IMG/VR virus record: IMGVR_UViG_3300028423_000861
Span: 32,001-96,000 of that record
Strand: one strand, 5' to 3'
DNA: 64,000 nt
Origin: a virus
Every line of letters starts with the position of its first letter. The stretch's first letter is position 1. A program made the position numbers and the translations under genes. Below are positions 57,066 to 64,000 of the stretch, one piece after another. The notes under the pieces are model-generated. The model was given only the letters and a program-made list of their open reading frames with translations. It did not search any database and was not told where the DNA came from.

Positions 57066-57360
57066 ATTCAACTCTTTCAATTATAGGCATGTCATAGTGG
57101 ACAACTTCAAGTTTTTTAAGCCCGGCAAGTGGTAGGTAACGGTTGCGGCCTTCCACACTCACGCGGTAGTAACGCTGGCCCGGTTTGAGGTTGAGCCAAC
57201 GGCTCGTTCTGTGAGTAAACATGGCGGGATGGGCTGTAAGCATCTTGAGCTCACGCAACACACCACCGATTTTGATCGAAAACAATTTTTCTTTCTTTAC
57301 GTCCCAGAAATAACCAGGACAGTTTGGAACAGGCGTTAGGGTGTCAGGAAAATAGATCAT
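57055..57360 (-). CDS. Hypothetical protein
   Basis: PGYFWD....LFSIKIGGVLRELK. Confidence 0.65.
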   Translation of the reverse strand: MIYFPDTLTPVPNCPGYFWDVKKEKLFSIKIGGVLRELKMLTAHPAMFTHRTSRWLNLKPGQRYYRVSVEGRNRYLPLAGLKKLEVVHYDMPIIERVEYAD

Positions 57361-57998
57361 TTGAGTCTCTCGTATGTTTCAAGAACAGCTTGAGCAATAT
57401 AACTTACATCTTCACAACCACTACGAATGTCACGCCAAACGCCATATTGTAAGTCTCTTTCAATATTGTATTCAGCAACTTTATAGAATTCTTCCATGAA
57501 GTCAATAGTATTTTTTGCTGCTTGGATAAAATCAATACCATACAATTCTTTAGCTTCATCTACTATCAACCAAAAATTTTCATATCTTTGCTGTGTGTAA
57601 GAAAGATCTGTTGTATCTAGTCGAATTAGCCAAGGATCAATTTGTGGAATGTATTTGTGATTGATTGTGTTGAGAATCATCTCGTTTGCTGAGGAAACGA
57701 TGACCCCTTCAAACCATTCAGGATATTCTTGTGCAGTTTCTTTGAGTAATTCTGCAGATCTAATTTCTTTATCTGGATGCTCGTCATAAACAACATCGTG
57801 CCATAGTATAGCAAGATCAAGCTTTGAATAATACGGAATATTAAGCAGATTGGCAATCTCATATAGTCTACGAACATGATTGATATTGTGATATTTCCGT
57901 CGAGGATCATCCATGTATTCAGCTACGAACTCTCCCATTTCACTATGAAGCAATTTACTCCAACTAGCATCAATATCATGATTTTGTTCAATGTTCAT
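57357..57998 (-). CDS. HD-superfamily phosphohydrolase
   Basis: RKYHNINHV...LAILWHDVVYD....E..SA; start reassigned to MNIEQ. Confidence 0.75.
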   Translation of the reverse strand: MNIEQNHDIDASWSKLLHSEMGEFVAEYMDDPRRKYHNINHVRRLYEIANLLNIPYYSKLDLAILWHDVVYDEHPDKEIRSAELLKETAQEYPEWFEGVIVSSANEMILNTINHKYIPQIDPWLIRLDTTDLSYTQQRYENFWLIVDEAKELYGIDFIQAAKNTIDFMEEFYKVAEYNIERDLQYGVWRDIRSGCEDVSYIAQAVLETYERLK

Positions 57999-58269
57999 TC
58001 CTGAACTCCTGCATTTTCTTTCGATGCACTTCAATTTCATGAATTCTGTTTTTCCAGGCTGTAACTTTTGTTTTATCCTCATCATCAAGACGATCAAAAT
58101 CCAAAATTGAAAGGCCTAGCTTTTCATCAAATTCAAGAAGTTCAAGGCAATTGATACACAGTGTAACATCGCCAGGCTCAGGAACATGGGTCACATCTTC
58201 CAATCCTGTAGCTGCATCAAGCACATGACTACAAGCAGGGCATTTAGATTTTTTGACACGATAAGTCAT
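57988..58269 (-). CDS. Zinc-ribbon hypothetical protein
   Basis: CPAC...PEPGDVTLCINC. Confidence 0.6.
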   Translation of the reverse strand: MTYRVKKSKCPACSHVLDAATGLEDVTHVPEPGDVTLCINCLELLEFDEKLGLSILDFDRLDDEDKTKVTAWKNRIHEIEVHRKKMQEFRNEH

Positions 58270-58543
58270 TTTCCTCCAACTGAGTATCTTCTCGGGCTTC
58301 CTGGAAACTCATTTCATCGATTAGGTTAAGATCAGCATGTGTTTCAATCCAAGCACGGGCACCACAGCGCAGTTGACGTCCATCGTAGACCATTTTACTA
58401 GGGCCCAGGATTTCTACTTCACGTGCATAGCGTGTGGTGCCGTTATTCAATTTGATGGTATAAACAGGACGATTGCCGCCGTCGCTGGCATTCATACTGA
58501 TATGTTGCCTGTTTACGTGTATAATGTGAGGTTTATTTTTCAT
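58244..58543 (-). CDS. Hypothetical phage protein
   Basis: IHVNRQHI...GPSKMVY...CGARAWIET. Confidence 0.65.
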   Translation of the reverse strand: MKNKPHIIHVNRQHISMNASDGGNRPVYTIKLNNGTTRYAREVEILGPSKMVYDGRQLRCGARAWIETHADLNLIDEMSFQEAREDTQLEENDLSCQKI

Positions 58544-59792
58544 TTAAAATCTCAAGAACAGATTGTTCAACAATATCAAGACCATCATACAACGATGGAT
58601 ATGTAATTGTCAATGGTGCAAGAACCTTTACAACTTCGTCATCAGCACCTGATGTTTCGATAATCAAGCCCTTTTCAAAACAACGTGCGCAAATGCGTTC
58701 TGCTAGTTCTCCAGATCCTACGTCAATACCTTTCATCATATCACGACCTTTTACTTGGGCGCCAGGAATTAGGTCTGCAATTTCTTCTAGACGTTTGCCA
58801 AGTATTTCGCCTTTTCCACGAACCATTCGTGCAAACTTGTCATCAGACCAAAACTTTTCCAGTGCTACACGAGCAGTTACAAAGGCATGTGTGTTGCCGC
58901 GAAATGTTCCATTGTGTTCGGCGGGCTTCCAAATATCAAGTTTTGAATCCAGAAGAACCATAGCAAACGGAAGTCCATACCCACTTAGCGATTTTGCCAG
59001 TGTGATAATATCAGGTTGGACACCCATGTAATCAAACGAAAAGAAGTTCCCAGTTCTTCCTACGCCTGCTTGAATGTCGTCAACAATTAGCAGAGCTCCG
59101 TGCTGTTTTGCTAGCTGCTGAATACCTTGTAGCCATTCCTGTGATGCAGCGTTAAGTCCGCCTTCGCCTTGCACAGTCTCGACGATAAACGCAGCCGGAG
59201 CATCAACGCCGCTGCTGGTGTTGTCGAGCATTGCCCGAGCAACTTCAAGTTCGCCGCCGCCTAGTGCACCATCGTAAGGCAAGTGTGCGACATCACTAAA
59301 CGACACAGGTCCGGCACCACCGCGCTTGCTGGCGTTGCCTGTGAGTGCTAGCGAGCCCATTGTCATGCCGTGGAAGGCGTTGGTAAATGCAACAATGTTA
59401 CGGCGCCCTGTAACCTTGCGAGCAAGCTTTACAGCCGCTTCTACAGCATTAGTTCCAGTAGGTCCAGTCATCATAATTTTGTGATTCATACCGCGCGGTT
59501 CGAGAATCAAACGTTCGAAGGTTTCAATAAACTGGGCTTTTTGTGTAGTATACATGTCGAGCCCGTGCGCAATACCATCATTTGAAATATGTTCAACAAG
59601 CGCCGCTTTCATGTCTTTGTCATTATGACCATAATTGAGTGTTGAGCAGCCCGACAGAAAATCAAAATATTCATTGCCGTCTTCATCAAACAAAAATGTT
59701 CCATAAGCACTGGAAAAGACCTTGTCAAAATTACGGCAATAGCTGCGAACTTCTGATTCACGACTGGCAAAAATCTTTTTATCGGTTTTCAT
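58533..59792 (-). CDS. ectB: Diaminobutyrate-2-oxoglutarate transaminase
   Basis: ESEVRSYCR, DFLSGCSTLNYGHN, GPTGTNAVEAA.KLARK, FHGMTMG, ETVQGEGG, DDIQAG.GRTG, AKSLSGYGLP, EHNGTFRGN. Confidence 0.93.
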   Translation of the reverse strand: MKTDKKIFASRESEVRSYCRNFDKVFSSAYGTFLFDEDGNEYFDFLSGCSTLNYGHNDKDMKAALVEHISNDGIAHGLDMYTTQKAQFIETFERLILEPRGMNHKIMMTGPTGTNAVEAAVKLARKVTGRRNIVAFTNAFHGMTMGSLALTGNASKRGGAGPVSFSDVAHLPYDGALGGGELEVARAMLDNTSSGVDAPAAFIVETVQGEGGLNAASQEWLQGIQQLAKQHGALLIVDDIQAGVGRTGNFFSFDYMGVQPDIITLAKSLSGYGLPFAMVLLDSKLDIWKPAEHNGTFRGNTHAFVTARVALEKFWSDDKFARMVRGKGEILGKRLEEIADLIPGAQVKGRDMMKGIDVGSGELAERICARCFEKGLIIETSGADDEVVKVLAPLTITYPSLYDGLDIVEQSVLEILNEK

Positions 59793-60126
59793 TTCGTAAA
59801 AGTTCCTCATATTCTTTTATTTGTTGTTCTATTTCTTTGTCGCTTTCCCAACGACCTTCTTCGTAATTCCAATGCCGAACATCGTAGATATTGAAGTCAA
59901 AGAAATACCCAAACAGTTCAAGACTAATTCCTGGACCAGCGTGGTCATGTCCCCGCCAAGAGAGATCCAGATCAAATCTTAGAATGCTTGGTGTTGCTGC
60001 TTTTGATAACTGAATGCACATTGCTTTACGACGAGAAATTTTCGGTTCTCGCCAAAAGTAATCGTGCTGAACTCTCCCGGGATCTTTAGCCCAGGGGCTT
60101 TCAAACTTGAAAGAAAAATAAATCAT
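59779..60126 (-). CDS. Hypothetical protein
   Basis: DHAG...YDVRHW motif. Confidence 0.6.
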   Translation of the reverse strand: MIYFSFKFESPWAKDPGRVQHDYFWREPKISRRKAMCIQLSKAATPSILRFDLDLSWRGHDHAGPGISLELFGYFFDFNIYDVRHWNYEEGRWESDKEIEQQIKEYEELLRNENR

Positions 60127-60152
60127 AATTTCTTTTCGTGTTTGATGGAAAT

Positions 60153-60255
60153 TGGCGGACCGTTAGCCCGATAAGGTTGGACTCTTGTCTGTGGACCCAT
60201 GCATTGCACGACTTTTTCGGCTCTCTTGTTCTAATAGCAAACTCCGCTACGGTCC
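60153..60255 (-). ncRNA. CCA-terminated small RNA with an acceptor-like stem but no cloverleaf
   Basis: GGACCGT-AGC...GCT-A-ACGGTCC G CCA, just downstream of tRNA-Pro. Confidence 0.55.
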
Positions 60256-60305
60256 TAGAGCGGTTCACCTATCAAATTATATGACAGGCTGCTGTCGAAA
60301 TTAAA

Positions 60306-60382
60306 TGGTCTCGGTGGTAGGATTCGAACCTACGGTCTCCTGGACCCAAACCAGGCGCTTTACCAGACTAAGCTACACCGAG
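60306..60382 (-). tRNA. tRNA-Pro(UGG)
   Basis: CCTGG TT TGG GT CCAGG; C1-G72; ACCA. Confidence 0.95.
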
Positions 60383-60566
60383 TTAATTATTTATAGATCT
60401 ACTATAACACGTTTCAATCTAACAGTCGAGTCCCAGTGTCCTATTTCAAATAATTGCTCAATGTCTTTTTCAAAAGCCAAGACGTCATCTTCATTATTGG
60501 GATTGAATTGTTCACTAAATTCATCTCCACTGTCTTCGAGGGTCACTTCAAATACATAGCTCTGTG

Positions 60567-61103
60567 TCATGTTTGTTGTTCTCCTTCAACTAATTCCATG
60601 ATAGGAATGACACGTGGCCTCCCCAAATGATCAAAACCCATGACAACGCCTTGAACATTCTTGAGCATATGATCTGTAATGTAGCCTTCTTTTATAGACT
60701 CATAAGTGATTTCATGATTGCCTGGGTCGCGGCGTCGAATATAACGAACATGACGACCTGTAAGGCTGTTACCATTAACCTGTTCAATTTCACGAAACTT
60801 AGTGGCACTACTAGCCTTAACTTTGACGATCATTCCGGGCTTGAGATTTTCCTGGCACCACTTGGGAATAACTTGATCGCGATATTCCTTTCGTGACCGA
60901 GCGTTTTTTCGACGGGCGGCTGCTTGTGCCGCTTGAATCTCTTTTTGCTTTTGTTGCATCTGATTGTATTTTTCTTCAATCAAGGACACAACCGAAATCA
61001 ATTGCATTTGTTGTGCTGTATCAAGACTGTCAAAATTCTTACAACGATCGACGATAACATCGAAAGCTTCGTCAAGAGACATTTCTGTATTTTGATCACT
61101 CAT
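60567..61103 (-). CDS. Hypothetical protein
   Basis: 178 aa ORF with coiled coil. Confidence 0.65.
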   Translation of the reverse strand: MSDQNTEMSLDEAFDVIVDRCKNFDSLDTAQQMQLISVVSLIEEKYNQMQQKQKEIQAAQAAARRKNARSRKEYRDQVIPKWCQENLKPGMIVKVKASSATKFREIEQVNGNSLTGRHVRYIRRRDPGNHEITYESIKEGYITDHMLKNVQGVVMGFDHLGRPRVIPIMELVEGEQQT

Positions 61104-61180
61104 CTTTGTAAGGCCGTTGTTCAGTGTGCATACGACTTTGCATTACACGAAGAGCTCGATAATAGACATGACGAACTTCG

Positions 61181-61408
61181 TTAGAGTCCATTCTTTCGAT
61201 CATGTCTATTAGATCTTCTCCGCTGGGTTTTGGGTTGGAGGTAGTTGCCATTTTTTACCCTTTCTGGGTCTGATAATGAGTCTAGAATAAACTTTTTTTC
61301 AGAGTCTGTCAATCGCGACCAAGCAGCGATTTCGTAAAGAGTTCTCCCACACCCAATACAGATGTCGTCTTGTATGCGACATATGTTTTGGCATGGCGAC
61401 TCAACCAC
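61181..61408 (-). CDS. DUF1289-like Cys-rich protein
   Basis: SPCQNIC...CIGCGRTLYEIAAW. Confidence 0.8.
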   Translation of the reverse strand: MVESPCQNICRIQDDICIGCGRTLYEIAAWSRLTDSEKKFILDSLSDPERVKNGNYLQPKTQRRRSNRHDRKNGL

Positions 61409-61626
61409 GCTGCCGACCTTTTAAGTTGCCCAGGTTCAATCGACAGACTCCTTGTTAGACAGCCTTGCAAGTTCACGTTCAATTCGCTTTTTTTCTTGTA
61501 TAAGAACAGCGAGCTTTATACGATAACTTGGCAAGTGCTTCTTTTCCTCAAATTGAGCTAACAGTTTTGACAATTTTTTCTCTATTTGTTCCAAATATGT
61601 CATAGCTGTTACTCCTCTTTTGGCCT

Positions 61627-61824
61627 TTATTCGATTATGAAATTAAAGGACTCTAGTTCTTCTCGTAGAACAAAATCATCAGGCAACGCTCTTGGTGTTC
61701 CTTCAAGAACGTCGTCTACTATTTTTTTACTCTCTTTTAAGCCAATCCCGGAATGTTTGTTGATTGCTTGAGTAGCATCAATTTTTCTAGCGCCGGGTCG
61801 CCATCCACTGATAATCATTACCAT
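61627..61824 (-). CDS. Ribosomal protein bL12 C-terminal-domain-like protein
   Basis: KIDATQAINKHSGIGLKESKKIVD resembles the K..IK..R...GLGLKEAK..V motif. Confidence 0.6.
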   Translation of the reverse strand: MVMIISGWRPGARKIDATQAINKHSGIGLKESKKIVDDVLEGTPRALPDDFVLREELESFNFIIE

Positions 61825-61870
61825 CTCCTCAAGACAAAAATACTGGCTTCATGCCAGTATTTAACGTATT

Positions 61871-61947
61871 TGGTACGGGTGGTCGGATTCGAACCGACAC
61901 TGAACAGGGTTTGAATCTGGTGCCTCTGCCAATTGGGCTACACCCGC
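61871..61947 (-). tRNA. tRNA-Leu(CAA), atypical (short variable loop, weak anticodon stem)
   Basis: GCGGGTG...CAGA TT CAA AC CCTG...GTCGG TTCGAAT CCGAC...ACCA. Confidence 0.7.
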
Positions 61948-61953
61948 ATATTT

Positions 61954-62044
61954 TGGTGGTAGACCTGGGTAACGATCCCAGCCGTGCACCCTAATCTGGG
62001 GCTACAAGTTTATAAATCTCGCCTGCACACCTGTGCTATCTACC
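61954..62044 (-). tRNA. Non-canonical tRNA, anticodon UAU, long variable arm
   Basis: GGTAGAT/GTCTACC, D-arm GCAC AGGT GTGC, loop TT TAT AA, T-arm CTGGG ATCGTTA CCCAG, ACCA. Confidence 0.7.
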
Positions 62045-62064
62045 AAATAAAAAAATTTTTAATA

Positions 62065-62152
62065 TGGCACCCCCTGGAGGAATTGAACCCCTTGGCTTCC
62101 ATCCCACTATTTTACGCCGAGAGTTTAGAAGACTCTTGTGGGGTCAGGAGGC
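62065..62152 (-). tRNA. D-arm-less 8/4 tRNA-like RNA, anticodon UCU
   Basis: GCCTCCTG/CAGGGGGT, AGAGT CT TCT AA ACTCT, GGGG TTCAATT CCTC, GCCA. Confidence 0.6.
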
Positions 62153-62827
62153 AGAAATTACTTTTTTTGCCCATCTATACCAATGACTCACAGCACCAGG
62201 ATAACCCATTTCTTTTAGTGCTGCGTTTAAGCTACCTTTCTTTTTATAGAACTCTAATAGCTCTTGCTCTCTGCCATAGTATGAGGCTGTTTTTGTTCTT
62301 CTATCTTTACATTTTTTACTACATATACGCTCGTTCTTTTGAGGTCGAAAACTACCCCCACACTCTAAACATTTTACCTTTTCTTTAGGAACGTATCTGC
62401 CTTTAATCCATCCAATTTTAATATATACTTCTAATTCAGTTTTTGCAATCTTTTTATTTTGTAGAGTTATTGGATCGTATATCCAACAAGACCCGTATTG
62501 TGAATTTCTTACACCAAAAGAGTTGATCTTTGCCGCATTCTGATGCTGACGCTTGATCCATCCATAGCGTTTATTGCTTCGAATTGCCTTACTTCCAGAC
62601 ACTGTCATCATATTAAGCGCAAAGATTAACTTGGCATTATCAGGATACATTTTAACTAACAGTTGGTGTGCTACATAATGTTCTTCTGGTGTTAGATTTA
62701 CAATATTATTTTTACTATTATCCCCTCCCAAACAACGTGGAATAATGTGATGTTTTTCAAAATATCCTTCAAGTATCCGATTTTTAGCCTTTGACATAAG
62801 GCTGTTATAGTGAAAATAATAATCCAT
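62144..62827 (-). CDS. HNH homing endonuclease (T4 Mob-like)
   Basis: EKHHIIPRCLGG....NIVNLTPEEHYVAHQLL; inserted in the tRNA cluster; start reassigned to MDYYF. Confidence 0.85.
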   Translation of the reverse strand: MDYYFHYNSLMSKAKNRILEGYFEKHHIIPRCLGGDNSKNNIVNLTPEEHYVAHQLLVKMYPDNAKLIFALNMMTVSGSKAIRSNKRYGWIKRQHQNAAKINSFGVRNSQYGSCWIYDPITLQNKKIAKTELEVYIKIGWIKGRYVPKEKVKCLECGGSFRPQKNERICSKKCKDRRTKTASYYGREQELLEFYKKKGSLNAALKEMGYPGAVSHWYRWAKKVISAS

Positions 62828-62854
62828 GCTTATATTTATAGAGGCATGTATTAA

Positions 62855-62944
62855 TGGCGGAGGGCCCGAGAATCGAACTCGATGCGCTTTCACGCACAAT
62901 CGGTTTAGCAAACCGTTCCAGGCACCAGCCTGATTGTACCCTCC
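62855..62944 (-). tRNA. tRNA-Ser(GCU) with long D-stem and tetraloop
   Basis: CAGGC TGGT GCCTG D-arm; CGGT TT GCT AA ACCG; variable arm; GCCA. Confidence 0.85.
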
Positions 62945-62962
62945 AGGTATTCATATTTATTT

Positions 62963-63052
62963 TGGCGGATAGGGTGGGAGTCGAACCCACACGACGCTTT
63001 AAGTCCTAACTGATTTCAAATCAGCGGCCACCTCCAATTGGCTTGCCTATCC
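62963..63052 (-). tRNA. tRNA-Ser(UGA)
   Basis: GCTGA TT TGA AA TCAGT; variable arm; GCCA. Confidence 0.88.
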
Positions 63053-63062
63053 ATATGTTGTG

Positions 63063-63143
63063 CGGAAGGTGGAGTAATCGAAACCCGAACCTTTCGGTCC
63101 CCCTGGAGTTCGAATCCAGTTTGCCACCTTGACGGCACCTTCC
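63063..63143 (-). tRNA. 8/4 (allo-type) tRNA-Ser(CGA), no encoded CCA
   Basis: GGAAGGTG/CACCTTCC 8 bp, T-stem GGGT/ACTC 4 bp, CTGGA TT CGA AC TCCAG, variable arm GGACC GAAA GGTTC. Confidence 0.8.
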
Positions 63144-63484
63144 CCATATTCAAAATGCTGGTAGTCATACATGCATTCTCTTAGCTTGCCCGCCCTATGT
63201 CTTTGTATTTGACTTTGGCAAGTGCCAGCAATTTTATGGTCTCGGGATTGAAAATTGAACATCTTGAATGTTCTTGATGTCTTGGATTATCTGGTTACGC
63301 TCCATAGGTGTAGTTGTGGCAAAGAAACCTATTACCACACCAGCAACAACAATATAAGGAATCATTCCAATCATTCCAATCTCCTTACTGTATGTTGGCA
63401 ATATACACTACTGCCAACATTGTTGTCAACGGAAACGTCGATGCAAATAATTTTTTCGTCGAATCTGTATACATCAATACCTCC

Positions 63485-63868
63485 TTATATGTGCATTTTT
63501 GAACGTATATTACTCACCCATTGACTTACGATCCACTCATCTGGGTCATCTTCATACCAGTCATCTTCGTCAATGTAACTTTCTTCTCGATGTTTGAATT
63601 TCTCATACATCTTATAATATTCTTCATTGGGCTTGAGCTCACGAAGATCATTTGCAGTGCAGCGAAGCTTGAACATTGTAAATTCTTCATCACTATTAAA
63701 TTCAGTAATGTAGAAGGTTGTGCTACATGCGCCGCCCACCGTTTTAATGCCTACATGTTTTAATCCATCACATGCCTCTCGTAGCTGTTTTCCATAAATT
63801 GTGATAACACGGATAACAACTTCTGGTTTATCAAGCCGTTGCTTGATTTCAGGCGTAAGTTCATTCAA
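63485..63868 (-). CDS. Hypothetical protein
   Basis: 127 aa ORF; FNSDEEFTMFKL motif. Confidence 0.55.
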   Translation of the reverse strand: MNELTPEIKQRLDKPEVVIRVITIYGKQLREACDGLKHVGIKTVGGACSTTFYITEFNSDEEFTMFKLRCTANDLRELKPNEEYYKMYEKFKHREESYIDEDDWYEDDPDEWIVSQWVSNIRSKMHI

Positions 63869-64000
63869 GTGTGCAACATTATCATCATCAATTACGAGAT
63901 GACAATTCTTGATCTTGATGCTGCCTTTTGTGTGTGAATTTTTCGGGGTTTCCTTTGTAGACCATGGAACACTACATTCAACGTGTTCGACATAATAGCT

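Noticed and set aside
48030-59792. Complete ectABC operon or host DNA contamination
   Set aside because: No ectC recognised in the window, and ectA and ectB are separately embedded and coupled to phage-type ORFs.
61871-61947. Reading this tRNA as an opal (UCA) suppressor
   Set aside because: The register with UCA centred leaves almost no anticodon stem pairing; the CAA register pairs better.
1-64000. Genome-wide stop-codon reassignment (TGA or TAG)
   Set aside because: Many genes end in TGA with ATGA overlaps, some end in TAG, and long genes are intact under the standard code. Only the release factor shows an internal stop in this window.

Overview
This window reads as part of a large (jumbo-type) tailed dsDNA phage genome. 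It is densely packed with mostly minus-strand genes. It carries about 13 copies of a conserved sigma70-like early promoter, many T4-like late promoters (ATAAATA), a virion structural module (about 14-30 kb), homing endonucleases, and at least 11 tRNA or tRNA-like genes. Accessory genes include RNA repair enzymes (Rnl1-like and second RNA ligases, PNK-like kinase, HAD, 2H phosphoesterase, CCA-adding enzyme), likely counter-defence enzymes (Mesh1/SpoT-type HD, NADAR, macro-like), and metabolic genes (ectA, ectB, SbtA-type permease, SAM decarboxylase, dCMP deaminase). Four observations stand out. (1) A putative 2.3-kb minus-strand transcription unit (51448 to 49077) has an rRNA-operon-like hairpin plus boxA leader. 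Four nested long-range helices join its 5' and 3' ends and enclose a GOLLD-like giant RNA, a tRNA-like domain with an 8-nt anticodon loop, and a homing endonuclease. (2) An RF1-type release factor gene is interrupted by a single in-frame UGA. (3) An amber (CUA) suppressor tRNA is present although TAG still ends some genes. (4) There is a cluster of non-canonical tRNAs plus several unassigned structured RNAs. All calls come from reading motifs by eye; no searches were run. A halotolerant or marine proteobacterial host is only an inference.
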